In this document: positions 18,241 through 28,126 of the stretch, one piece after another | How positions within the stretch are numbered: position 1 is the stretch's first letter | Layout of the letters: the number at the start of each line of letters is the position of its first letter | Assembly (NCBI GenBank): GCA_036835365.1 | Contig: DAITMC010000003.1 | Coordinates: forward strand, 1-47,697 | Source: Saprospiraceae bacterium | GTDB taxonomy: Bacteria > Bacteroidota > Bacteroidia > Chitinophagales > Saprospiraceae | Length of the DNA stretch: 47,697 nucleotides | Direction: 5' to 3' | Program-made: the position numbers and the translations under genes | Notes under the pieces: generated by a model | What the model was told of the DNA's origin: nothing | Database searches by the model: none | What the model saw: the letters and a program-made list of their open reading frames with translations, nothing else

Positions 18241-19866
18241 TTACTGTTTAGAAAACACCCTGTTCTTTTTCTTGGGAGTATCTTCTTCAATATCTGGGTT
18301 GGTAAAGACCTTACTAAATTCTACAATGGGATTGTATTCCTCCGTTGTTTCTAGTTCTCCATGTTCTAATACTCTGATGTTTTTTGATTTTGCCCTTTGC
18401 TTGAAATCCTCAATAATTTCTATGATGTCAGGATGGACATAGACTGCTCTGGAGGCATCAATCATTACACTACAACCATCGGGTAGGCTATCTAATGTTT
18501 TTTGAATACTGGCTTTGTTTAAAAAACTCACATCTTCTGAAAGCTCAATTTTTATCGGCTTGCCAGCAGTATAATCTTCCAAATTAAAATGATAAGGTAT
18601 TTTATAATTGTTTCTAAGGATGTAAAAAATAGCCACTGCCATTCCCATTCCAATACCAATTAGTAAATCTGTTGCGACAATACCTATGATAGTAACCATG
18701 AAAGGAATGAACTCTGACCAGCCGTTGGCATACATTTTTTTAATTAAAGATGGTTTTGCTAATTTAAAACCGACCATAATTAAAATAGCAGCCAAACTTG
18801 CTAATGGAATCAAATTTAAAATTCGAGGAATAGACATAACACACAATAGCAATAACAAACCATGGATAACTGCTGATGCTTTTGTCCTACCTCCTGATTG
18901 AATATTGGCAGAACTTCTTACAATTACTTGTGTTACGGGAATCCCTCCTATCAAACCCACAATAATGTTACCTACTCCCTGTGCCTTGAGTTCCATATCG
19001 GTGGGCGTTACGCGCTTGAAAGGATCTAATTTATCGGTAGCCTCGACACTTAGTAGTGTCTCTAAACTCGCCACCACTGCTAAAGTGCCTGCAATAATAT
19101 ATACTTGCGGATTGTTCCATTGACTAAAATCGGGTAGTGTAAATTGCCCCAAAAAGCTGGCTATGGAATCTGCCACAGGCACATCTACCAAATGTTTAGG
19201 GTCTAAAGCAAATCCTAGAATAGTTTGAAAAACTAGGTTCGATAGAATACCTAATACTACGACCACTAAAGGACCCTGAATAGTATTGGTAAAAGACATA
19301 CGCTTCATAAAGGGTCTATCCCACAGGATAAGAATAGCTATTGAAACAACGGCTATCGTCAAAGCGTTTATATGAGCACCATTTAACATATAGCTCAATT
19401 TTTCTAAGTAATTGCCCTATGGAACTGCTTTTTTGATTACGCCCATTGCGTAAGGAATTTGCTTTAAAATAATGAGGATACCAATAGCCGCTAGCATTCC
19501 CTTGATAACTGAACCTGGAAAATAATAGCCAATAACGCCTGCTCTAGCAAAACCTAGAATAAGCTGGATTAAGCCTGATAATACAACGGCAAACAAAAAT
19601 ACCTCAAAGCTACCTAACTCGTTGATAGCAGAGAGGACGATTACTGCCAAACCCGCTGCCGGACCACTAACGCCTAGGTTAGAGCCGCTAAGTAAACCAA
19701 CCACTACACCGCCAACCACTCCAGCAATAACGCCAGAAAAAAGAGGTGCGCCAGAGGCTAAAGCAATACCTAAGCACAAAGGCAATGCGACTAGAAAAAC
19801 AATGATACTAGCGGGAAAGTCATATCTTAAATTAGCAAAGAAACCTTGCTTTGATTGTATGTTCAT
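18241..19866 (-). pseudogene. SulP-family anion transporter (Sulfate_transp + STAS) interrupted by a single in-frame TAG
   Basis: ORFs 19417..19866 (N-terminal TM segments, [25 protein letters not shown]) and 18241..19398 (remaining TMs plus a C-terminal STAS-like domain) are in the same frame (19866-19398 = 468 = 156 x 3). They are separated only by TAG at 19419-19417. Read-through would give ...[23 protein letters not shown]... Confidence 0.75.
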
Positions 19867-19967
19867 TTTGTAATGTTAAATTTAATTAAGGTAAGGATTG
19901 AATTCTTCTATAAATTCAAATGAGTTAGTTGTTTATAGTTCTAAAAATTTCAGCATGATTTACTAGC

Positions 19968-20309
19968 CTACACTTTATTAGTATCTAGTTTAGGAGGTGG
20001 TAGTAGTAAATCGGCGTAGGGGTTGTTCCATTTGGAATCAGATACCATGGTAATATCACCACTATTGTAGTGATGAAAGAAATTATCTTTAATTTTATAG
20101 TAAAAGTATTCTATATCAAAACAAGAAGCATCTCCAGAAGATAATTTTCCAAAAGCCCCTTCTTCACTAATGGAAAGTTCTGCTTCTATCTCAATATTAT
20201 CTAGTTGTATGAATGTTAACACAAAAAGAAATGACGTTACTGTCAAAATGATTGAAAATAGCAAGGAAAAAGACAGTAGCGCCGTATATTTATGTCTAAG
20301 TACATTCAT
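19968..20309 (-). CDS. hypothetical membrane-anchored protein
   Basis: 113-aa ORF with one N-terminal TM helix (ALLSFSLLFSIILTVTSFLFVLTFI). I recognise no motif. Confidence 0.35.
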   Translation of the reverse strand: MNVLRHKYTALLSFSLLFSIILTVTSFLFVLTFIQLDNIEIEAELSISEEGAFGKLSSGDASCFDIEYFYYKIKDNFFHHYNSGDITMVSDSKWNNPYADLLLPPPKLDTNKV

Positions 20310-20583
20310 TGAAGACTATTATTACCACTGGATTTTAAAACGATAAATTTAGCACTATTTTACTAGCTTAGCAAGTAATTTAAAATTGCGCTTTTGCGCC
20401 ACCCTTGCCCTGCCTATTAGCAATATGATGTATCCTATCTATTTGTTTCATAGAGGAGTTAATTTTTTTACAGCCAATGTATGATAACGTCCAACAGAAA
20501 AGATTTTGAGGACATAGTTGATTTTGCCTGTGATAGAAAGGTAGCCAAAGCGGATTACTTGTTGGGACTCAAAAAGTTAAAGG

Positions 20584-20621
20584 CGGCTTTCACTCGTTCA
20601 ACGTAAGTGAAAGCCGTTTTT
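20584..20621. terminator. strong hairpin terminator downstream of the 20641..21657 gene
   Basis: cggctttcac (20584-20593) and gtgaaagccg (20607-20616) form a perfect 10-bp stem. ttttt lies on the plus side and a T-rich tract on the minus side. Confidence 0.6.
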
Positions 20622-20640
20622 AACAAGACATTGAAGCCAT

Positions 20641-21657
20641 TTATCTGAAGGCAGGTAAGAGGAGTTCGCTGCCTTGCGAAGGACTAAAAAAAGTTTCTAA
20701 GTAATCTATCATTTGTTGTCTAGTTTCTTTAGTCAGGTGTTTGCAAGATTTAATAATGCTGTACAGCGCATCTTTCTTACTAGCAATTTGCTGTTTAGCT
20801 GCCTTTAATTGTAATTCATCTTCGTTGATACCCAAGAAAGCTCGTTGCTTGATGCTAGTCAATCCCAAATCGGGGTTTGGTATGGCATAAGGGGCATCTA
20901 TTAAACCTGCAAAGTCGAAATCGTAAGGAATAACCAAAATTTTAGTACCATCATTAGGTTGAATAAATTTAACATTTCTAGCCATTGTAATACTCCAATC
21001 ACTATTAGCAATCATGTAATTAAAGGTAGAAGCTAAGGCTTCTTGTGCTATATCTACTTTTGAAGTATCCAAATTCAACACTTCTATTTCTTTGCTCTTT
21101 AATCGCTTTGCCATTTCGTCAATATCTTCAATCAAAAAGCCAAAATGCTTCACCTTCGTTTTGGATGCGGTATCCACATAGGTAATTCTCGCCAATTGCA
21201 CCCTGAGACTGTAAGGCGTAAGTTCATTATATAGTTTATAAGTTAAATATTCCTTGAGGATGGTTTCTTTTGAACTGATGTCGTCAATGCAATAGGTTAC
21301 CAACTTCATCTCATCAGATTTGCGCAACCCCTCTGCTTGCAGTTCTTCCTTGTCAAAGGAGAGTTTAATCGGCGGCATTTCACATATTCTACGGCGATAT
21401 TTTCCCCTTTGTCGCAGTTCGATGTGATACACTTTTTTTTGACCTTTACTATTCTTGTACTCAAAAGTAGCTACTTGGTAATTCTCATTCGTTTTATTGC
21501 TTTTTATAGCTTGAAAATCGCTAGTTAGTATCACATCAATCACTTCTTGCTCTTGAAAAATATCAAAAAGACTCGACTTTTGCGATTGTGCAACGGCGCA
21601 ACTACCAACTATAAAATAGGATAGGAGGCTTAGATATTTTATATTATGAATTGTCAT
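20641..21657 (-). CDS. hypothetical secreted protein (conserved Bacteroidota-type; possibly distantly CotH-like)
   Basis: 338-aa ORF with an N-terminal signal-like segment (YLSLLSYFIVGSCAVAQ) and the motif ELRQRGKYRRRICEMPPIKLSFDKEEL. Any functional assignment is speculative. Confidence 0.5.
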   Translation of the reverse strand: MTIHNIKYLSLLSYFIVGSCAVAQSQKSSLFDIFQEQEVIDVILTSDFQAIKSNKTNENYQVATFEYKNSKGQKKVYHIELRQRGKYRRRICEMPPIKLSFDKEELQAEGLRKSDEMKLVTYCIDDISSKETILKEYLTYKLYNELTPYSLRVQLARITYVDTASKTKVKHFGFLIEDIDEMAKRLKSKEIEVLNLDTSKVDIAQEALASTFNYMIANSDWSITMARNVKFIQPNDGTKILVIPYDFDFAGLIDAPYAIPNPDLGLTSIKQRAFLGINEDELQLKAAKQQIASKKDALYSIIKSCKHLTKETRQQMIDYLETFFSPSQGSELLLPAFR

Positions 21658-21874
21658 AAGTAGTAGAAATTAATAAAAATAATATTGACAACAATTAAAC
21701 GCTCTGAAATACTTTTTTGGCTATGAAGTATATTAAATCAAAATTAAATTTCTTGAAAAGAATATTAAAAATTTAATTCAAAATATAATTTGGATTGAAA
21801 AATCTTAAATTAACACTTGTTTTACATTTATATAAAAAATGGCTATCTTAGTGGGCTGAAATTAATTTTGCTCA

Positions 21875-23041
21875 ATGTTAAAATCATTTTTCGTGAAATC
21901 CACAATACATTTAGCTGCTTTTTTTATCATCATCTACGGATGTAAGACCTCAGAAACCACAAGTGAAGTTACTAACACTTTTCCTGATAATCAATATCCT
22001 AAGAATATTATTCTAATGATTGGCGATGGTATGGGGTTAACGCAAATTACGGCGGCGATGTACACCTCCAAACGCCCATTAAACATAGAGCGGTTTCCCG
22101 TGATAGGATTTCATAAAACGCACTCTGCCAGTGATTTAAAGACAGATTCTGCCGCTGGCGCAACAGCATTTGCCTGTGGCATAAAAACTTTCAATGGTGC
22201 TATCGGTGTAAATAATGACACTCTACCTTGCAAAACAATTTTGGAAGAAGCTAAGGAGCAAGGATTTGCAGTAGGGCTAGTGGCTACGGCCTCCATCACA
22301 CACGCCACGCCGGCTGCTTTTGTTGCGCACCAAACTATGCGTGTCATGTACGAGCCAATTGCCAACGATTTTATGAAAACAGACATCGACTTAATTATTG
22401 GCGGTGGACAACGCTATTTTGATTACCGAGAGACAGATGGGCAAGATTTGTTGGCGGTGATGCGTAGAAATGGATACGTTATCCGCTCTTATATAGATGG
22501 CGATTTAGGAAATTTTAAATTGGATTATAGTAAAAAATTTGCTTATTTCTCTAGCAATAGAGAGCCACTTTCGGTAGCAATGGGCAGAACGTATTTGCCT
22601 TATGCTAGCAAAATAGCACCCGCCTTTCTGAGCCAGCGCAGCGAAGAAGGCTTCTTCCTGATGATAGAAGGTTCTCAAATTGATTGGGCAGGGCACGCTA
22701 ATGAAGGCAACTTGCTGGTACAAGAAATTTTAGATTTTGATCAGGCAATTAAGGAAGTGCTTACTTTTGCCATCCAAGATAAGCAAACCCTTGTCATTGT
22801 TACGGCTGACCATGAAACAGGTGGGCTAAGCCTCAACGGAAAACCTAAATCAAAAAATTTAGAAATGGTCTTTACCACCAATGATCATACCGCTGCCATG
22901 GTGCCCGTGTTTGCCTATGGTCCTAAAGCAGAGCTGTTTGCTGGCATTTATGATAATACGGCTATTTACGAAAAAATGAGAACCGCCTTAAGACTTCAAG
23001 GAAAAAAGTCCAGTACCAAAACGGCCTCTACCAAACCCTAG
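21875..23041 (+). CDS. alkaline phosphatase (PhoA family)
   Basis: Active-site and metal motifs are present: LMIGDGMG, nucleophile context TDSAAGATAFACG, ITHATPAAF, EGSQIDWAGHAN and TADHETGG. It has an N-terminal lipoprotein-like signal (IIIYGCK). Confidence 0.9.
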   Translation: MLKSFFVKSTIHLAAFFIIIYGCKTSETTSEVTNTFPDNQYPKNIILMIGDGMGLTQITAAMYTSKRPLNIERFPVIGFHKTHSASDLKTDSAAGATAFACGIKTFNGAIGVNNDTLPCKTILEEAKEQGFAVGLVATASITHATPAAFVAHQTMRVMYEPIANDFMKTDIDLIIGGGQRYFDYRETDGQDLLAVMRRNGYVIRSYIDGDLGNFKLDYSKKFAYFSSNREPLSVAMGRTYLPYASKIAPAFLSQRSEEGFFLMIEGSQIDWAGHANEGNLLVQEILDFDQAIKEVLTFAIQDKQTLVIVTADHETGGLSLNGKPKSKNLEMVFTTNDHTAAMVPVFAYGPKAELFAGIYDNTAIYEKMRTALRLQGKKSSTKTASTKP

Positions 23042-23240
23042 TAAATAGCAATCAGGATATTCGACTTGTTCCTACGAGTGGCAAAACGGCTCACAGCTCA
23101 TTGCTTAGACTCTAAATGAATTAAATTACGACCTCTAACTATCAAAATTTAGTAATATTCAAGCTCAATTATAGGCTAATCGTCAACATTTTAACGACTA
23201 CTTCGTTTTAATTTTATTTACGACTTTAAATTGAACGCTT

Positions 23241-24389
23241 ATGGAGGTCATGTCATTAGATAATTTAACACTTATCCAGCAAAGTGCTAGTGATTTTGCC
23301 AGTTTATATATTCACCCCAATGTGATGGAATGGGACGAAGCACAGCATTTTCCTGTAGATTTGTTTCATAAGATGGGAGAGTTAGGGTTTATGGGGGTTT
23401 TAGTTCCTGAAATATATGGTGGTAGCGGATTAGGCTATCAAGAATACATTACCGTTATTGAAGAAATTGCAAAAGTTTGTGGCGCTATTGGGCTTTCTGT
23501 TGCAGCACACAATTCTTTGTGTACCAATCATATACTTATGTTTGGCAATGAAGAACAAAAGGCGCATTACTTGCCGAAATTAGCCAGTGGCGAATGGATT
23601 GGTGCTTGGGGGCTAACAGAACCCAACACAGGTAGCGATGCTATGCGCATGAAATGCGTAGCTGAAAAAGATGGCGATTATTACATCCTCAATGGAACTA
23701 AAAACTGGATTACGCATGGCAAATCCGGTAATGTTGCTGTGGTACTGGTGCGTACAGGCGAGCTACTGGATAGCCGTGGCATCACCGCTTTCATCATTGA
23801 GCATGGAACACCAGGATTTAAGTCGGGCAAAAAAGAAAATAAGTTAGGAATGCGTGCTTCAGAAACAGCAGAATTAATTTTTGACAACTGTCGGATACAT
23901 AAAAGCCAAATTCTTGGACAAGTCGGAGAAGGATTTATTCAAGCTATGAAAATATTGGATGGAGGTAGAATTTCTATTGCTGCCCTTTCACTTGGTATTG
24001 CCAAAGGTGCTTACGAAGCGGCTGTAAAATATGCTCAAGAAAGAGAACAATTCGGTAAACCAATCGCTCATTTTCAAGCGATTAGCTTCAAATTAGCCGA
24101 TATGGCAACTAAAATTGAGGCAGCGGAATTATTGACTCGCCAAGCCGGAGAAATGAAAGATAACAACCAAAAAGTGACCAAACAATCGGCGATGGCTAAA
24201 TACTATGCTTCCGAAATTGCGGTGCAAATTGCTACCGATGCGATTCAAATTTTTGGTGGCTACGGTTATACCAAAGACTATCCAGTAGAAAAGTATTATC
24301 GCGATGCTAAACTTTGTACGATTGGCGAAGGAACATCAGAGATACAAAAATTGGTGATTTCGAGAGAAATTTTGAGAGAATCAAAGTAG
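23241..24389 (+). CDS. acyl-CoA dehydrogenase (short/medium-chain type)
   Basis: Motifs [70 protein letters not shown]. The ~380-aa length fits the family. Confidence 0.92.
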   Translation: MEVMSLDNLTLIQQSASDFASLYIHPNVMEWDEAQHFPVDLFHKMGELGFMGVLVPEIYGGSGLGYQEYITVIEEIAKVCGAIGLSVAAHNSLCTNHILMFGNEEQKAHYLPKLASGEWIGAWGLTEPNTGSDAMRMKCVAEKDGDYYILNGTKNWITHGKSGNVAVVLVRTGELLDSRGITAFIIEHGTPGFKSGKKENKLGMRASETAELIFDNCRIHKSQILGQVGEGFIQAMKILDGGRISIAALSLGIAKGAYEAAVKYAQEREQFGKPIAHFQAISFKLADMATKIEAAELLTRQAGEMKDNNQKVTKQSAMAKYYASEIAVQIATDAIQIFGGYGYTKDYPVEKYYRDAKLCTIGEGTSEIQKLVISREILRESK

Positions 24390-24402
24390 AATTTAATCGT
24401 TG

Positions 24403-24489
24403 GCTTTAGTCAGGGTTTCGCTCCAAGCGAAACCCTGACTAAAGCCCAAAAATTTGTTTCGTTCGCTCCAAGCGAAACCCTGACTAAGG
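24403..24489. repeat. perfect 43-bp palindrome plus an adjacent partial direct copy (REP-like element / bidirectional terminator)
   Basis: gctttagtcagggtttcgct (24403-24422) and agcgaaaccctgactaaagc (24426-24445) are exact reverse complements, giving a 20-bp stem with a 3-nt loop. tcgctccaagcgaaaccctgactaa recurs at 24463-24487. The element sits between convergent genes. Confidence 0.7.
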
Positions 24490-24497
24490 TTGAAAAT

Positions 24498-24998
24498 TTA
24501 ACTTCGATTGATAGTCAGCATATTACCTGACAGGCTATTTGAAAAACTTCTAAGTGGTCGGTTAGCAGGTCCATTAACGACTTCACCACTTGTAGTAAAC
24601 CTAGAACTGTGGCAAGTACACTCAAATTGATTGTTGGTAAAAGTCCAATTTCTATCGCAGCCCGAATGCGTGCAAACAGAGGTTAATGCGCTAAATCCAT
24701 TACCTGTATTTACTACAAGCATTTGCGCCGAGACAATCAGCACCCATCCTCCTGAAGTATTAAGTCCTGTTGTTTTATTGAGATCAATCACCACAGCATC
24801 ATTACTAACAGTGATACCTTCATTAGATGCTGGTGGAGTAACAGGGTTTTCTGGCTCAACAACATCTTCGTCTGTCGAACAAGCAGTGAAGAAACCTATT
24901 CCAAACATAGACATGACCGCCATTGTACCCGATTTTTTAATAAAATCTCTTCTTTCTGCCGAGAGTATTCCCGATTTGATATTCGCTTGATTTTTCAT
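24498..24998 (-). CDS. Tat-exported Rieske [2Fe-2S] domain protein
   Basis: Twin-arginine signal ERRDFIKKSGTMAV, lipobox-like FFTAC, and Rieske ligand motifs CTHSGC ... CTCHSSRF. Confidence 0.85.
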   Translation of the reverse strand: MKNQANIKSGILSAERRDFIKKSGTMAVMSMFGIGFFTACSTDEDVVEPENPVTPPASNEGITVSNDAVVIDLNKTTGLNTSGGWVLIVSAQMLVVNTGNGFSALTSVCTHSGCDRNWTFTNNQFECTCHSSRFTTSGEVVNGPANRPLRSFSNSLSGNMLTINRS

Positions 24999-25175
24999 AA
25001 ATCTGAATGTTAAAGCACGATTAAATCAATAACGGAGCAACAAAGCATCATATGAAATGTTCAAATTGAAATAGAAGGCATTAATCCAACCGACGACTAT
25101 TACGATGATGCTTCATTAATTGATGGTTTTAGCTACTTTGAAGTTACATTTTAAAGCAGTTAAGGGCAAAAGTAT

Positions 25176-25200
25176 CAAAAAAATAAGAGATTAATCTCTT
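25176..25200 (-). terminator. small minus-strand terminator-like hairpin
   Basis: Palindrome aagagattaatctctt (25185-25200) is followed on the minus strand by a T-run (plus-strand A-run 25177-25183). Confidence 0.35.
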
Positions 25201-25233
25201 GCGTAACATTCACTATATCCGTCTTTTAGGGTT

Positions 25234-25392
25234 TTAGTACGCCAAATATGGGGATAATCCGTCAAAGCAGTCCTCAAAGAGTGCGCTAGCTAAGATGGCA
25301 GCAAACATCAAGAAACGCTGTAAGGTAAGTTCGTCAAAGCGCCTACATAAAATACCCATCAAATAGTAAGTGGTATCCATTATGTTGCCCAT
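25234..25392 (-). CDS. candidate small ORF (52 aa), unlisted in the ORF track
   Basis: My minus-strand translation is MGNIMDTTYYLMGILCRRFDELTLQRFLMFAAILASALFEDCFDGLSPYLAY*. It is divergent from rpsU and is followed about 35 nt later by the 25176-25200 hairpin. I see no recognisable family. Confidence 0.25.
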   Translation of the reverse strand: MGNIMDTTYYLMGILCRRFDELTLQRFLMFAAILASALFEDCFDGLSPYLAY

Positions 25393-25436
25393 TGGTATGT
25401 AAGGAATTTAATTTTTTTTCACTATAAATATTTTGT

Positions 25437-25622
25437 ATGATTATTATAAATGTAAAAGAAGGAGAATCTATTGATAGAGCATTGAAACGCTATAAGCGAA
25501 AACACCGTAATATCAAGTTGAGGGATGAATTGAGAGAACGTAAATACTTTACTAAAAAATCGGTGAAAAGGCGAAATGAAATTCAGAATATGATATACCG
25601 AGAGGAGAAGTACGGAGCATAA
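25437..25622 (+). CDS. rpsU: 30S ribosomal protein S21 (bS21)
   Basis: 61-aa basic protein with V.EGESIDRALKRYKRK....L..ELRERKYFTKKS.KRR, the canonical bS21 pattern. Confidence 0.93.
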   Translation: MIIINVKEGESIDRALKRYKRKHRNIKLRDELRERKYFTKKSVKRRNEIQNMIYREEKYGA

Positions 25623-25713
25623 GGAAACAAGTTGAAATAGTGGGTTCGTTCAATGGCTCAGTGGTATAAAATACTCATCAACAGATAAGCAATTTGAATT
25701 TATCTACAATTTT

Positions 25714-25747
25714 ACTATAACCCACGAATCAATTCGTGGGTTATAGT
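25714..25747. terminator. palindromic hairpin between convergent rpsU and the ABC permease gene
   Basis: actataacccacgaat (25714-25729) and attcgtgggttatagt (25732-25747) are exact reverse complements, and the effective stem is ~14 bp. No clean U-tract follows. Confidence 0.5.
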
Positions 25748-25763
25748 AGCTTGTACTCTATTT

Positions 25764-27104
25764 TTATCCTTTGTAAAATGTCCATTTTACAATTTCCTTC
25801 AAGCTATTTTTCTTGCCGTAAAGTAAAATGCCAACGCGATAAATTCTGGCAGAAAGCCAAACAAAAAAGATAGCACTAATAATGAGTAGCGCCAACGATA
25901 GGATAATTTCCCAAATTGGTGGATTAAATGCCATGCGCGCTGGCATGACAATAGGCGAAAAGAGCGGAAACATAGAGGACCAAAAGGAGACACTGCTATC
26001 GGGTGAACGCACTACAATAAAAATAGTAATGTAAAATGCCAGAACAACAGGCAACATAATGGGTAAGGTTAAGGTTTGACTTTCGCCCAAATCATCACCT
26101 ATGGCAGAACCCACAGCAGCAAAAAGTGCGGCGTACATAAAATAACCTCCTAAGAAGAAAATAATAAGCGAAGGAATAATCATTCCCCAGTTTTGAGCCT
26201 GTATTTCCATCATTACTTTTTGAGCCGTAGCTAGAGTTTCAGGATTGCTTAGTTCCGCCATAGTGCCTGCCGAGCCTGGTAAGTTGATGTTGCTTGGCAT
26301 ACTGCCACCCAACCCAAAGGCAAAAGTCAATACCAACAAAACCAAGGGAATAAAAATTGCCCAAATGAGAATTTGTGTTAATCCAACAAGCCCAACGGCA
26401 ATAATTTTACCCAACATCAAATGAAAGGGCTTTACAGAAGAAATCATGACTTCTACAATACGGTTCATTTTTTCTTCCATCACACTGCGCATGACCATGC
26501 CGCCATAGAGGGTAATGACAAAAAACATAAGCATCCCCATCACAACGGCAATCATGGCGGCTACCTCAGAACTAACGCTGCTTCCGGGTTTGTCCTTCTC
26601 TTCGTTTTGCAATGATTTCGATTCGATGGCAATTTTTGTTTTCAAGGCGGCAAGTTTTTTACTATCTAATGCTAAAGCCTCCATTTTGTAATCAGAAACT
26701 TGCTTTTCCAACCAATTTTCGATTTTGGATTTTATTTCCAAAGACGGTGATTTGTTGGCATAATAGTCTAGCACTAACTTGGAATGGTAAAGGTCATTGA
26801 TAGGAGGTATGCGCACAATGCCATTGTACCCCTTCTCTACCAAATTATTTTTTAGTACATCAAAACTGGCAGTTTCTTTTTGAAATAAAATATTGCTGGC
26901 ACTGTCGCGCTCCAATTGAAGTACGTTTCCCTCATCAATAACCGCTATTTTCATGTAGTCATCTCCTTGATACATCACCATAAGAATGACAATGCCGTAG
27001 AACAAAGCAATGCCAATGGGAGTAAGTAAAGTAGTTAAAATAAACGACTTTTTGCGCACACGCACAAGGTATTCTCTTTGTATGACAAGTGATAAATTAT
27101 TCAT
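25764..27104 (-). CDS. ABC-2 type transporter permease (NatB-like)
   Basis: 446-aa protein with an N-terminal TM, a large extracytoplasmic loop and 5-6 C-terminal TMs. It overlaps the upstream ATPase gene by 8 nt. Confidence 0.8.
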   Translation of the reverse strand: MNNLSLVIQREYLVRVRKKSFILTTLLTPIGIALFYGIVILMVMYQGDDYMKIAVIDEGNVLQLERDSASNILFQKETASFDVLKNNLVEKGYNGIVRIPPINDLYHSKLVLDYYANKSPSLEIKSKIENWLEKQVSDYKMEALALDSKKLAALKTKIAIESKSLQNEEKDKPGSSVSSEVAAMIAVVMGMLMFFVITLYGGMVMRSVMEEKMNRIVEVMISSVKPFHLMLGKIIAVGLVGLTQILIWAIFIPLVLLVLTFAFGLGGSMPSNINLPGSAGTMAELSNPETLATAQKVMMEIQAQNWGMIIPSLIIFFLGGYFMYAALFAAVGSAIGDDLGESQTLTLPIMLPVVLAFYITIFIVVRSPDSSVSFWSSMFPLFSPIVMPARMAFNPPIWEIILSLALLIISAIFFVWLSARIYRVGILLYGKKNSLKEIVKWTFYKG

Positions 27105-28002
27105 AGCTTACTTGATTAACGCTTTTGATGAAAATTTCATTTAGTGATGGTAATATTTCGTTAAAGGCTTGAATACGAATATTTTGGTTGAGAAAATGGC
27201 GTAATAATTCGTTAGAATCCTTATCGTGCTCCAGTTGAACCGTAATATTGTTTTCCTGTTGCTGTTTAACGTTGATATGGCTAGGCAACTCAGGTAAAAC
27301 TCCCTCAAAATGAATTTGAAATAAGTTATCCTTGTAATTGTTTTTGATGTTTTTGACGCTTCCTTCTAATACTTTTTTTCCATGATTAATCAGAACAATA
27401 TTTTCACAAATGGCTTCTACTTGCTCCATACGGTGGGTAGAAAAAATAATACTAATACCTTTATGATGCAATTCATCAATTTCAGCCTTAATCAAATTGG
27501 TATTGATGGGGTCTAAGCCAGAAAATGGTTCATCCAAAATCAGTAATTTTGGTTCATGCACCACCGTAGCGATAAACTGAACCTTTTGCTGCATTCCTTT
27601 AGATAGTTCCTCAATTTTTTTGCTCCACCAGTCCTTGATATCAAATTTCTCAAACCAATACGTCAACTTTTTTTTTGCTTCTGTACTAGACATCCCCTTG
27701 AGCTGTGCCAAATACATCAAATGTTCGCCTACTTTCATTTTTTTATAAAGCCCTCTTTCTTCTGGCATATAACCAATATCAGCGGGGTGTTTGGCATTTA
27801 ATTTTTCCCCATCAATGAAAATATTGCCCTCATCTGCACCAATGATGGTAGTGATAATACGAATAATCGTAGTTTTGCCTGCACCGTTTGGACCGAGTAG
27901 CCCAAATATTTTACCTCGTGGTACATCAAAACTAACATGGTCCACTGCTCGCTTTTTTTCATATATTTTGACGACCTCTTTTAATTCTAAAATTGGATTC
28001 AT
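27097..28002 (-). CDS. ABC transporter ATP-binding protein (NatA-like)
   Basis: Walker A GPNGAGKTT, signature LSKGMQQK, Walker B LLILDEP, H-loop STHRM, plus a C-terminal accessory domain. Confidence 0.92.
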   Translation of the reverse strand: MNPILELKEVVKIYEKKRAVDHVSFDVPRGKIFGLLGPNGAGKTTIIRIITTIIGADEGNIFIDGEKLNAKHPADIGYMPEERGLYKKMKVGEHLMYLAQLKGMSSTEAKKKLTYWFEKFDIKDWWSKKIEELSKGMQQKVQFIATVVHEPKLLILDEPFSGLDPINTNLIKAEIDELHHKGISIIFSTHRMEQVEAICENIVLINHGKKVLEGSVKNIKNNYKDNLFQIHFEGVLPELPSHINVKQQQENNITVQLEHDKDSNELLRHFLNQNIRIQAFNEILPSLNEIFIKSVNQVSYE

Positions 28003-28126
28003 TAGCTCATTTTTGATTTAGTGCATTAATATAGTTCGATTTAGAAAAAAAACAGCAACTTTACGCCTATACTTAGACGAATATTAACACTATTTCGACA
28101 AAAACAAAATAAAGTTAATTCAACTC

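Noticed and set aside
18038-19419. Idea that TAG is reassigned (alternative genetic code or systematic amber read-through), prompted by two in-frame TAGs.
   Set aside because: TAG terminates ahcY precisely at its conserved ...PEYYRY C-terminus. It also ends the alkaline phosphatase and DUF2188 ORFs at sensible lengths, so the standard code applies. The suppression idea is retained only as a low-priority check.
20481-20606. 41-aa plus-strand ORF (MITSNRKDFEDIVDFACDRKVAKADYLLGLKKLKAAFTRST) ending inside the 20584-20621 hairpin.
   Set aside because: It is too short and has no recognisable family. Its 3' end is formed by the terminator stem of the neighbouring gene, so it is probably fortuitous or at most a gene fragment.
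25640-25680. tRNA-like string ggctcagtggta downstream of rpsU, which resembles a D-loop.
   Set aside because: There is no complementary D-stem, no acceptor stem and no GTTCGAATC-type T-arm nearby, so no cloverleaf can be drawn.
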